From assembly GCA_965645245.1 (NCBI GenBank), contig OZ287069.1, forward strand, positions 372,001 through 436,000: a stretch of DNA of 64,000 nt, read 5' to 3'. The DNA is from Massalongia carnosa (Eukaryota). Position numbers and translations under genes: made by a program. The notes below the pieces were generated by a model, which worked only from the letters and a program-made list of their open reading frames with translations, was not told where the DNA came from and ran no database searches. Positions 12,092-24,763 of this stretch are shown in pieces (within the stretch, counting starts at the first letter, position 1; every line of letters starts with the position of its first letter).

Positions 12092-13722
12092 TCAACGGCG
12101 CAGGCGGCTTATAAAGCGCCTTGCACGCAAGCGCGATGTGCGCTTCTTAGCCGGCGCCAAGACTTCCGTGTCTGTTCCCTCCAGAACGTCGCCTTCGAAA
12201 CCGTCGCCATCGTGAGCCTCGCTCTCCGGGACCTCGCTCTCCGGAACCTCCTCATTCTCGGCGTATTGCTCCTCGACCACGGGAGGTAAAGGCAGGTTGT
12301 CCGAAGGCTTGGTCATGCTCGCCATGCTCCCCGCGGACAAACTCATCCCGAGCAGCAGGCGGGCCTTCACGTCGGCGGTCATTGGATCGGGGCCCTTGAC
12401 CGCAGCTTTCCCCCTCTCTTCCGAGTCCTCCTCGCTTGGCGGCTCGATGGCTCGCTCTTTGCCCTTGCCGTTGCGTGGAAAATTCGCGGTCATGTGAACC
12501 TGAAGTATGGTGGAAGAGCTGATCCCGTTGAAGAAGTCGCAATCGGTTAAGCTGGAGCGGCTCCTATGCGTCCGACTGCACGCATCAGGGTCCATGACCC
12601 ATTCGATATCGCCTAAAGGATCATCAGTAATCTGCATCAGCTTGGCCCAAAATTCGCTGAGGATAGGATGCAAGTCAGGGACCAAACTGGTCCAGCTCTC
12701 TATATCCATAAGTGTGGTGGAGAGATAATCAATGTGCATGAGACACCAGTTTTGAATGCACGGCTCAAAGCCGATGTTGAGCCCGAAGATGATTCTGGCG
12801 AGAAAGATGCAGATCGATGGCGTTAGGAGTTTGTCCATTTGGCGCAGGGATTCCCACGCCATGGATTGCAGAGTAGGGAGGGCCAGTTTCTTGGCCAACA
12901 TATGAAGCCTAACGTAGATTTCAAAGCGATCCCGGACATTGTAGCGGTGGGTAACGCTCAGGCGCATCTTTGACATGGTGTAGCGATCAGGACCCTCTTC
13001 TAAGTAGGTCTTTGCGACATCGAAACAGACCGCCGGGTCAAGCATAAACGTAAGCAGCATGTCGCAACCAGGGAGGTAATGGGGAGACCTGAAGAAGCCG
13101 AAAAACGCGGATGACCGCATCATCGCTGAACGCTTCATCTTGAAAATATGGCCTCGGCCATTGATTGAGTTGGGGCATTGGATGCGAAGCGTTTCATCGG
13201 CTTTTGGATCTACGCTGGAGAGTAGAGAGTTGATATTAGCACACCTCTGTGACACCCCGTGACACCCTCACGCTTCCTTCACGCTAAGGGTTCGAAATTC
13301 ACGTGGCAGCGGCTACTTATCGATAACTAGTTAGTTGGTCGATTGATAAGTAGCCGCGCCACATGATCTCTAATCGATAAAGTCACGTGGTATACTCTTG
13401 AAAGGAAACGATAAACAAAGATGGATCCTCACAGCAGAATAGAGGTAGCGCAGTACACAGCTGACCGACGAAAGCACTATGGGACAAAGCTATGGCTCGA
13501 ACATAACATCATAAGTAACACTTACCGACCATCCCACACCGCCTCCTCATACTCCTCCTGAGAGATTCCAGATTCGCTCACAAAATGAAGAAACTCGCCA
13601 TGATATTTCATGTCAGGGACGTCTTGCATAAGGACTATAGGAACTTCTTCTCCCTCATCAGCGTCGTGTGTTGTAGTGTTCTCTGGCACAATTTGCGCCG
13701 TTACAAGGCAATGTTCAGACAT
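12092..13722 (-). CDS. Hypothetical protein, possibly divergent BTB/POZ-like, with acidic low-complexity tail (2 exons)
   Basis: 387-codon ORF joined in frame to an upstream exon through intron 13525-13215 (GTAAGT...GCTAAT...CAG; WDGR|VDPK). The helical YVRLHMLAKKLALPTLQSMA segment resembles fungal BTB-associated regions (inference). Confidence 0.65.
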
Positions 13723-14274
13723 TGGCAAAGAGTGTGTACAGAGCAAGGGGGCTTTAGATGACAGGTTCGCTTCACATTTGATGAAATGTAGATTATACAA
13801 AGATTGTGGATAACATCAGGCTGAAGACAACAGATGAGATGAAAGATGTTTGTAGAGAAGACGGAAGAGATTCGTAGTACGGTGATGTCGTAGTGTTGTG
13901 GTGTTGTGTTGCGGTGTTATGGTGTTAGGGCTCGATTCATGAGTACTATGTGGAAGGTGCCATATCTCACGCATCTTTTCTTTGTCACCCGCTCCTGATT
14001 AAGACCCGATTGAAAATGAATCACTTCAATAAAACGGAACATATGAGTGACCGGGTTCTTCAAATCACATATGAAATGTTTCAAAGCACCCGCTGCTGGG
14101 CATTGCTCTTCAGGCCTTGCTCTTTGATACGCTTCGAGGCAAAATAAGACTGCTATCTGTACCCATACCTATACCTGTGTATGCCGAGCTCGAACAGTAA
14201 AGAGGACTTCATGATTGAGCATAGCAATCATCAATTCTTCTCATTACAGAAGATAACCTTCCTATCTTTAAACT

Positions 14275-15376
14275 TTAGGCTTTGGGCTTAAACAGCGCTT
14301 TTTGAGTATCATAAGTATATTTCAAGTCCAATTGCCAGTAGTCTGGACTCGTGGGTTTCGTGATCAGCCATGCCTCGTCGAGTACCTTGACTACTTCCTC
14401 TGGCAACGGGCCCTTTTCTAGGTCTTTTAGATTACTCTCAAGCTGTGTAAAACTGCTCACGCCAACTATAACACCATCTTGCCCTCCATGTAGAACTCGG
14501 AGTGCTGAATGGTGCGTACACCACCGAAGAGCCACTTCGAGCAATGTCAAGTTATGTTTCTGGGCAACTGGCTCGATCAAGCGCAAAGCATCGAAAGTCG
14601 CGTCTTTGAAGTAACGCTGCCGGTATTTTTCTCCCATTTGGACTGCCTTTTCACTATACCGACCTTCGGTAGGAACTTCTGCCGTCTTAATCTTGCCCGA
14701 AAACAGGCCGCCAGCCAATGGGTTGTACACCACAACGTCTAGCCCGTAACGTTGACAGCATGGAATCAACTCTTGTTCAAGAGATCGAGCTTTGTTTAAA
14801 CATCAGCAGAGCACATAGACGCAGGCACTAGACAAACTAACTAATGGCATTATACATCCCTTGATAGATCGTAGGTCTCACCCACCCTCGTTCCTTGCAC
14901 GTAATAACTACCTCAGCAACTTCGAAAGCAGTAAAGTTGCTCAAACCTAGCTGAACAAACTTCCCCTCTTTATGAAGCTCATTCACCGCCTCGAGCGTTT
15001 CATCAAAAGGCACAGACCGATCCGCGGCATGAAGGTAGAAAATATCAACGCAATCTGTCTTCAACTCCTTCAGCGAAATATTGAGCTGCTCCTTGAGTAT
15101 CTTGGGTTTATGAGCTCCAGGTTGCTGTGGATACCACTTCGTTGCCAAAGTCAGGCCGCGCTCTTTCCAGCGGGCTTCAGTCGTGAAAGCCTCCTGCTTG
15201 CCGCCCACGTATGTACGTGCAGTGTCTATCTCGTTGTAACCTTGTGCCTGGAAATAGTCTAAGCATTTATTGTACTCATCAAGAGACGTAATGCGAGCTC
15301 CGGCAGACTCATCAGGACCAAAGGTCATGAGGCCTAGGATCACCCTAGGTTTGGGGTTTTGTACGAGTAAAGGCAT
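14275..15376 (-). CDS. Aldo-keto reductase (aflatoxin B1 aldehyde reductase-like), 2 exons
   Basis: ILGLMTFG, EIDTARTY, LATK, DIFYLHAADR, LGLSNF, PTIYQGMYNA, YNPLAGG. Confidence 0.93.
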
Positions 15377-16190
15377 GATATAATAACTGATAACCTCTTT
15401 TCCTAAGAGAACACTCTCGTACTCTATACAAACCCTGCCTGAACAGGAAGTGTCAAATCTGAGCGCAACCTTTTATCACAGTCACGACGGACTGTACGTC
15501 ACTAAAGTCGATATGAAACATGGGGAGTTCTGAAGCGGATGTCATAAACGCTAGATTACACCGAGTTTCTAAATCTGCATAAATTGTGTAATTCCCCTGA
15601 TTTATGACCTCATCGTTTCCCGTAATCTAACCCGTCGAGCACGACGTTGACGGATTCAAAACATAGGTCCTGATCACCAAGGAAGCCTTCAACGACACTG
15701 CGAATGTTGAATTTTGATACACGAAGGTTATTACTGAGGTTTCTCGAGCGCAATTGGTGTCAAGATCCGATCAAAGCTTCCCTGCAAGATGAAGCAATTA
15801 CCAAGACTCCCTAATTCCCTGTTTTGATTTACGTCACGCAGGCGCTTCTTGGCAGCGTCAACACATCACCTTCACCTGCCCCTTCCTTTTCTCTTCCTAT
15901 TCCCTCTTGAACTAAGTAACCGTACCTCAGCGTAACACGCTTGTCACTCTATCCATAATTAACTGCCTTCAAAGCATCACCACCAACCACTACAGGTCTG
16001 CTCTTAACCCTTTCCCTTCATACTTGGTGATAAACTTACTGATCAGATCCAGAACCTTCCTCCCTCCTACCTATTCAAACAAACCACCCAATAGCAACCA
16101 GTATCAAACCAAACTCTATCTTTGCCATCTACACCAAAATACCCACGATCAACCGACCTACCTACCACCCAACTCCTATCAACCACCAAA

Positions 16191-16316
16191 ATGCCTTTCT
16201 TTTACAGCAAAGGCTTCGGCGGCAAGCACTTCGGTGGCGGAGTCGTCGTTGACAAGCACGGCCCGCGTCGCGCCCCCTGGCGCTTCAGTCTTGGCCGTCT
16301 GAATTGTTTCCGCTAG
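16191..16316 (+). CDS. 41-aa Gly/aromatic/basic microprotein MPFFYSKGFGGKHFGGGVVVDKHGPRRAPWRFSLGRLNCFR
   Basis: Good start context (CACCAAAATG), C-ending codon bias, CA-rich leader with a probable 5'UTR intron 15996-16052, and purine-rich 3' region. Confidence 0.6.
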   Translation: MPFFYSKGFGGKHFGGGVVVDKHGPRRAPWRFSLGRLNCFR

Positions 16317-17267
16317 TGCTTCTTCCTTAGCTACTCTCATGAGTTTCAGTCTAAAACGGAGATGCGGAGGATGTGGGACGGTTGGAGCTGACAAAGTTTA
16401 GGCTTCAGTCAATTGCTGACTAGAGAGAGGGATACATTTGGAGAATGGTCATGAAGAGGAAGTGGTGAGATCGGGCTCTGCTTGCTTTGGCGTGGAAGCG
16501 TCTTTATGGCTGGTTCAGATATGTTTTTGTCACTTATCAAGACCCCCCAACTTGTATTATAGCCTTGGTTCGGGTTTTGAAGTCCTATTCATGCAAGCCG
16601 ACAATGACCTAAGACAGCGTTCCATTTTTTATACTATATTACTCACCTCGTCAATGTGGCTTAGGGTAAATGGTACTTGGATTGGTTCTCCCAGTATTGT
16701 TGTTGTTGTCTCCATCCTAAAGGCTCTGTCGTATTCAAGGGAAGACGGATTATCATTCGTGACGGTAAGATAGACAGAATAGAAAGAAACCAACTACAAA
16801 GACTGTCCTGTTGACGATGGAGCCCACGAGATCCACTTAGCACATGATGACGACTTCATCAACAAACATAGCCATTGTTTTGCGTAAAAGGGGTTAAAAC
16901 TCACCGTGACTAATCACCAAGTTCTTCTTTCTCGCGACGGGGATCTATCAAGTCTACTCAACAAGCAGAACATAACAATACCCAACGCTTCAAGGCAGGG
17001 GATAGTCACTCTTTAATAAAGTCCATTGAATTGATGGGTAAATTTTCTGGATTTACTAATATGAAAGCCATGACCATAGGTTCTTCTTCGAGTCAAGCCA
17101 ACAACAGGTCGCATTGATATACACTTATTAGATACTGACGATGTCCTGAATACAGAATTGTTGGTCTGAGTTACATGCACTTCTCCAAAATGGAAGTTGA
17201 ACGATCCGTCCTCGTTCAACAGAGGACCACAAGGCCCCAATAAGTGCGGATGCTGAATTCGTGAGCT

Positions 17268-18477
17268 CATGAGTCACAAGGCACAAGCGCATCCTCTCCA
17301 ATCTTTTCCCTAACCAGCTGCTCGCGTTGGGAAGACAGTCATCGACTTACCGGATCAGTTAGATAGACGCCGTTCCATCCTTTCTCTTCCACATCAGGAC
17401 TAGTCGCAGCATACCTAGATCGCGTTATAGAGGGATCCATGAAGAACAAGGAGAGAGAACGACGACTCACAACGCGCTGTAAGAACCTTGTTCCGGGCTA
17501 TGGCTTATGAAGCTCCATTACATTTGTCAAAAGCTTGCCAGTCAGGCCAGGATAAGCTTCTTTCCACTGCTCCTGCATACCTGTGTTGACCCATGGACGT
17601 TTAGTTATGACGGGTATTAAATCTAGTGCGGTGAGCATTTACAACGTCAGGGTGCACAGCGATTGCATAGATGTTATCCTTGTCAGGCTTTATCACCCTC
17701 TGTACCAGTCCATATTTGAAACCAAGGATCATTGCGAGCTTCGACCGTCCATAAAGATAAGCTGCGCCAAAGTTCGGATCGTTGATCTCGGCCAAAGAGC
17801 CGAAATGGACGTTAGAAGGCACCAGTCTATGGTTTTCAGACGACTGCGTTGAAGGCTGCTTAGAAGTGCTGCGGAGAAGAGGATATGGAAGGTTCACAGC
17901 GTAATAATGGCCTAACCAATTGATTCCAAAATGACGGTCTATACCATCGTGAGTCTCACCGTATTGGTTAGTGTTGATACCGGCGGAGAGCACCAACTAT
18001 ATTCTGGATGAGCGCCACGGTCGAATTGATTACAAAGTATTACAAGACACGTACAATATCAAGACGTTCTTGTCGTTCCCAGATCTACGAGAAGACTTCC
18101 TTCACCTCCTTCAGGTTCCCGAGATGACAGGCAACGAACTCGATCTTTGGCTTCTCCATTTGACTCCTTTTTGACCTGGTCAATGAGCTTTTGGCCGTGC
18201 TCGTCTTTCCTGCTAATTGCAATTATGCGAGCATGAGACAATGCGAAGACACGGGAGACTTCGAAACTGAGAGGCAATATCACGTCAGTCTTATGTGTTA
18301 TGGGTTAAGCTATACGTCTAGATCAACGATTTGAGAGGGAAATATTGAAGCCGCCAAGACTGGAGGGAATTTTAATCACCCTATGCTGTTGGTACCGCCG
18401 GTCACTACAGCCACACGACCTCGGAGATCATGGATCTCTTTTTTGGGACCGACAACAAAGCCGAGCACCGATTGCAT
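17268..18477 (-). pseudogene. Short-chain dehydrogenase/reductase (retinol dehydrogenase-like) pseudogene
   Basis: GRVAVVTGGT, LVLSAGIN, DGIDRHFGINWLGHY, YGRSK, AIAVHP. Frameshift near 18146, in-frame TAG at 18085-18087, and a probable deletion near 17850. Confidence 0.8.
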
Positions 18478-19906
18478 CCTTACTTGATTCTAGGGTGTTT
18501 GCGATGAGCGAGAATGGTTGAGCCTTTGTTCGGTAGTATATCACGATGAAGAAACTAATGTTTGAGAGATTTCTCTCTCATGCATTTATTTCTTTACGGA
18601 ATAATGATGCGGACATTATGATGTCGAGTGAGTTCCAACAACATGACTTAAAAATGTTCCAGCCAGCTGCAATTATCATAACATGTTCTTTCGACCCGCC
18701 CACCCGCTTGCCGAATAAGCGAATTTTTACCAGAGATACGTGTTTGCTCGCATGGGTGCCGATGTCAAACGTGATTATCCTGCTGCTAGAAATCTGAAGA
18801 TTTAACTATTCGGGAATCTCTCCCCTGCGTGGATTCCGCTACTGCACAACAAAGCAACTGCACCCGAATATCTATAGGGGGTGGCTAGCTAGGAAACCCG
18901 AATTCATTCCGCCCTGGGGCTTTACCGATGACTGCACCCGACTCAGTGGGTATCAAAACCAGGCCTCGCCATACTGTGACATTAGACCGCCCCCCCCCCC
19001 TCCCCCTTTTCCATCTCCCGAGCTGGAAATGCGTACCAGACCTTGTGCTTCTTGGAACAGAAAATGTGAGGAAAGGTCTCGACAATGAGACATCTCTCTC
19101 AAACTTCACTAACAACTCAGCCTAGTGTAGCCCAGCGTATATTACCCTTCCATCACCCCTTTTTAAAAAATATATCATTCCCTCCCTCCCATTCGTTCTC
19201 CCCTTGTCCTAACCCTCCAAAGCAAACCAACGAAATACCCCTCCAGCCAATTAAATGAGATAAAGAAAATCTCATCGATTACAAGACCCTCCCCCCAAAG
19301 CAAAACAAAACGGTAATAAACGAATAGTGGAGAAGTTAAGGGGTAAGTGATTTTGAAGTGCGGTGAACATTTCGCGTTAAGTGATGGGGATTGGGATGAG
19401 GTAGGGATATGTGGGAGGGATGAGTAATTATTAGGACGTACGATGAAGATGGTAAGGGTAAGTAAGTATACATGTACGAAGATAGTCAGCTAGGTAGCCA
19501 GATAGCTAGATCAAAGGCCGACGACGTAGCTAGAAAGGGGGGGAGGAAAGGGAAGGGAAAGGTTTATCCTTGCTTCCTTTATCCAGCCCTCGTTCCAGTA
19601 AACAACTTCTGAGGTAAATTAAAACAAGGAGATGGAATGAAATGAGCCGAGACGAGACAAGATAAAGTTCAGTCCAGAATCCAGATAGGTAAAAACGTCA
19701 TTTGGAAAGAATGTAAAGCCCGATCCCTCGAATCCGCTCCTTTTTCTTCTTCTTCCTCCTCTCTCCCTCCCTCGCCCGTGGGCCCTAAGCAGTCCGTCCG
19801 GCATCTCAACTGTACCGTGTAGCATTATCCAAAAACGGCAAGATACCGATCCCATGCCTAGCTTCAGTCATCCTCTCTCCGAAGCGCTGGCTAGGTTATG
19901 CCTTCT

Positions 19907-21115
19907 CTAGAGCAACAAACCCCTCGGCTCCCCCTCCCCCGGTGGGGTATACACAAATGCTACCTCCGCCCTGGTCCCTTCCCCTTCCCCTTCCCCTTCC
20001 GCTCCCCCCATGCGACTGCCACTGCCGCTAATATTGCCAATCCAACCCCCCTCTCCAATACCCGGTCCAGCTCCTGCCCGATCTAGAAACCTCTCCTCCC
20101 ACGCGCGTCGCGTCTTGAGATGGAAAAACTGCCGGAAGGCCGCAATGGCAGTTTCGAAGGCGCTGCCGAGCGGGGCGAGGACGTGTTTGGCGAGAGTGCC
20201 AGACGCAGCGTAGCGGATATGGGTGGCGTAGAGATGGGGTGGGGAGTGGGTTTCGAAGAGCTGGATAGGGGTTAGCTGGAGTAGGGAGGGGGGTTGGAAA
20301 AGGGAAAAGGAGTAATAAAGTAGATGGATGGCCGGAAAGAGGGAGGCGAGGAAGTGAGTTGAATACCTTCAGCTGATAGCGCTCGTGCTTGTTGGCGACG
20401 AGGTTTGCACGGGCAAGAGTGATGTCGTAGGCGAAGCCCGTAGTGTCGGTGTAGATGTGGTAGCCGGAGGAGAACATGTCGGCGTGGAAGTCGGCGCAGC
20501 TTTGCTCAAAAGCTTTCACTGAAAGGAGTGAAGCGCGGGTGTTTCAGTGTGTCAAAAATTCATGGGAAGGGGTAGGGAGAACAAGGGATGAAAGGGAAGG
20601 GAAGAAAAAAAAATACTTACCACCTTTTTTCACAGCGGCTTTGCTCGTCGCTTTGCGGGCTTTCCGCACTTTGGACGCGCTTTGGACACGGCGGTGGAGG
20701 AGATAGGTAGACTCTCTCTTTGGCCGCATCTGCAGGAGACTATCCTCTAGCCAGTCGAAAGAGACAATATGCAGGCTATCAATCTTGCGAGCCTCCCGCA
20801 CTGGTCGATTCCTATTAGTATAACTCTCCTATTGTATATAGTATTTCCCGGCTCTAACATATCCGACGAGCTGCGAAGCCGATTCCCTCGCTGATTTTCC
20901 AACCATAGTAAATTAGGTATGAACACCAACATACCCATTCGCACCGCTTTCCTCAAATGCTCCTTGCTGCAAACGAGATGCGTGACGTCGGTGGTGAACT
21001 TGGGCGCGAAAGTGCCGCCATTGCATTCGATCCATTGGCGCATTTTTTCATGGGTGCGGGCGAGGCCGAAGTCGCCTGTGACGGCTATGGTGAGGTATTT
21101 AAGTGGGTCTTTCAT
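19907..21115 (-). CDS. BRCT- and WGR-like domain protein (4 exons)
   Basis: BRCT motifs IAVTGDF..WIECNGG..VTHLVCS..IVSFDWLEDS. WGR-like region GYHIYTD..YDITLAR..ERYQLKLFE..AFRQFFHLKTRRAWEER. Ends FVYTPPGEGEPRGLLL*. Confidence 0.85.
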
Positions 21116-21936
21116 TTTTGGGTTGTGGTAGGGTAGATTAGGCCCTTGAGAGTCGGTGAAGTAGGGAGTTAGACTAGGGATACTAGAAGAAGATGATAAG
21201 TTTCGCGTGGATGGGGGATGAAGGAGCGTTATCATAAGATAAGGCATGAGGTTTTCATAGGTTTGTAGCTAGCTCATTACTGAAAGGGGGGGGGGAATCA
21301 GGACATGGAGGCCCGGGGAGAGAAGTCTGATATTTCTAAGAGGGCGGAGTAGAAATCGGTAACTAGGATGCTAGTAGAGAGCTTGGTGATTCCAATAAGG
21401 GAGATGTAAGGTAAAGACTCAGAGCAAGTTCAAGAAACATGAAGTAATGAAAGCTTTCAGTTTCATATGAAGAGAGCGAGAATTGATTGTGAGAACGAAA
21501 CAGATGTGGATGATGAGGGGTCTCAGCATCAAGAAGCTTGTGTTAAGGAGACGTATTTGGAGATCGCGGAACTCGCTGAGCTATGACTGTTAAAGACATA
21601 GAGCTAAAGAAAGGCATATACATGATGCTGCAAAACTGATGTTATGCACAAGCAGACTCAGCTTGATCAGAAGATTTAGAGTTAACAACTGCCTTGATTC
21701 AAGATATTCCAAGGCTAGTCTAGATCAAGGTATAAAGTCATATCTGGTCTTGGCAGCTTGTCCACCCAGTTAAACGTCGTGAGTCATCCTCTCATTAAAT
21801 TTATATAACTTTGATGCATTTATGAGTCTCCTCTGTGCGGAATACGAGCAGTGCAAACGAATACCCAAAAGCCCAAGCATGGTGGAGCACCATTGAAAGA
21901 GAAGATGTTTTTTTTTTTGGACGGGACAATAAATGA

Positions 21937-24347
21937 TTAAGGTGCCCGGAAAGCATCTTGTGCAGCTTGAACAAAATCTTTTATCTTTTCCAAGCTTTGA
22001 ATACCATCCTCTTCGACTCCGCTACTAACATCAACAGCGACAATCCTTGGCCTGAAGCGGTCAAGCTGCTTAAGGATAGCCTTTATGTTCTTTGAAGTTA
22101 AGCCACCCGCTAATATTACCCGTAATCCACTGTCCGAATCTAGCGTTCTGCATATGGAGACCATATCGAGCGTCTGCCCAGATCCGCCAGACGCAGAATC
22201 CAGCAAAGGGAGAGCATGATGACCTCTTAGACCAAGTCCAGGATCACTAGGTCCAAAACGGCGGATGACGGGCACTGGTATTAACGAAGCCCATTCTACT
22301 GGCTCCAAACCGTGAAGCTGAACAACATCAAGCCTCAAGAGTTGTTGCTGCGCAATAATATGGGAAAGCGGCTGGTCTTGGAATACTCCCACAAGCATAG
22401 CTCGATCCGGGCGATAGATCACAGACGGTGTATATTCAAAGTAATCGATTGCTTTAAAAGATTGTTTAGTGCTGGGCTCTAGTTTGATGTGCCCCACAGG
22501 CTTCTGGAGTTCATGAACAACTTTGGAAATTTCAAGTGCGGTCTGTGTAGAAACATATCGTTTCCGACCTTCGACAAGTATAATACCAATGAGGTCTGCT
22601 CCTGCTTCAATCGCTGTCTTGGCAGCTTCAACGGTCCGCGTCCCGCAGATCTTTACAAGAATATTGGATTTTTCTTTGTCGGGTTTATTGACCTCAGAGT
22701 TGCTCAGCAGTTCATCGATGAATACCTCAACGTCCACAGCGCGCATCAACGCTTCTCCGACTAGCACAGCCCCAACTCCGCTATTTTTATAAGCTTCAAC
22801 ATCTTGGGGGCCGGATATACCACTAAGAGCACAGACAATTGTTTCGTTAGACGTCTTCTCCATTAAACGATTGGTTGTAGTTAGATCAACTTCAAAGTTG
22901 GTTAGATTTCGGTTGTTGACCCCGACCACTCTGGCTCCGAGCTTCATCGCAATATCCATTTCACCAAGAGTATTGACCTCGACCATGGGCTCCATTCCAA
23001 GGCTGTTTGAGTAGTGAAATAACCTGCCAAGGGTTTCTAATTCGAGCATCTTCACGATCAATAAGACTGTATCAGCTCCTGCCAATCGAGCTTCGAGAAT
23101 CTGATATTCATCAAAAATGAATTCCTTACGCAAAACAGCAGGGCGATTCGGCATTCCTTCAAGGCTTCGACGAACAGATCTTAGATCTTCGATGCTGCCT
23201 TTGAACCATGTCGGCTCTGTCAGAACCGATATCACGCTTGCTCCTGCAAGTGCGTATTTTCTTGCTTGTTCTGGAGCGTATGTATCCAGAGATATGGTAC
23301 CTTTCGACGGAGAAGCTCTTTTGATCTCAGCCATGAGAGAAAGTCTAAAGGGTGATTTCTTAAGTCTCTCTGGAAAGGAAATCTGGGCAGGGGAAAGATT
23401 GGACTTATATGAGGCTTCTAAATCGGTAGGTCTCAGTGACGGAATCATTTTTTGAGCTTCCACAGCATGCTTCCTATGTCTGTATATTTCGTCCAGAATT
23501 GACTCATGTTGAGCACTGGGTTTAGAAGATGTGATTTCTTTTTGTTTCGGAACATCAGCAGCGTTGCTGATGCCATTCACATAATGATGGCCCATCGACT
23601 TGTTTTGATATCGTTCGTTCTCTGCCCACGTGCCACCTTGCATTCTCAAGAAGTTTTTGATCATAGATCTCCCCTCAGCAGTTAAAATGCTCTCAGGGTG
23701 GAACTGTACGCCTTCTACAAGTAATTCCTTATGGCGTACGCCCATAATGATGCCTTTACCCCCATCTGGACCTTTTGCGATCCAAGAAGTGACTTGAAGA
23801 CAATTCGGTAAGCTGGAATGAGTCCCAGCAAGCGAATGGTATCGCGTCACAGGTAAGTCCTGGGGAAGATCTGTATACAAACCTTTACTATCATGCCTTA
23901 AAGGAGACGTTTTCCCATGAAGAATCTCCCCAGTTACGTTTACTTCGCCGCCAAAAACCGAAAAAATGCACTGCCTATCCCTGATCAGTGGTCCTAAAAA
24001 AACCCCGTATAGACTGTTATGGCTTACTCTCCCATGCATACTCCCAACACGGGTATCTTGCCGCTAAAATGGCGGATTGCTTCCATGCTGATGCCAGCAT
24101 CGTTGGTGGGATGTCCTGGGCCAGGACTGATTACTAGTTGAGTCGGTTTGAGTGCCACCAACTCTGCAAGTTTTACTTCATCATTCCGATAGACTGTGAC
24201 TGTTGCACCTTCAAGTACCAAGTACTGATAGACATTCCATGTAAACGAGTCATAATTGTCGATAAGTACTAGATTTGCAGCGGTCACAAGGCGTGACACA
24301 GGCTCTGGCTGATGAGGAGAGTAGTCAACAACATTAGGGCCTCGCAT
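21937..24347 (-). CDS. trpC: Trifunctional tryptophan biosynthesis protein (anthranilate synthase component II / IGP synthase / PRA isomerase), 2 exons
   Basis: [71 protein letters not shown]. Confidence 0.97.
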
Positions 24348-24763
24348 ACCTTCCGGGCCAACGTCCAGATGTTGTTGAGGTTTCTCTGGTTATAGAGAAC
24401 TTGATTGAAGAGAGAGACTGTGTACCCTGTAGGTAGAGCGCTAACTAGTAAGTTATACCACTTGATCGATCTCGGTTTCACCACTCTAGGTTATGATATG
24501 CTTGGGTAGAGAACTACCTTAACTACTTGACTGTGAAATAGCAAATTTTACGTCTTTATCTTTCTATTCGATACAGAGTACCGTGTCCACTTTTTTTGGA
24601 GTAATACGGAGTACGGAGTATTTACTGCAGCAACGCTAATCTAGCGCTTGTAAGAGGCGACGGCTTCGCGGTTCACCGCAAGCTCTTCGTAGAATTCATT
24701 ATTTTTAATACCTTACCTTATCATTGCTCAACGACTAGTCATCTAGGACTCCCGGAGGCCTTG

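Noticed and set aside
21779..21787. Perfect Gcn4/CpcA site (TGAGTCA) near trpC
   Set aside because: It lies downstream of trpC rather than in its promoter, and a single 7-mer is expected by chance in 64 kb.
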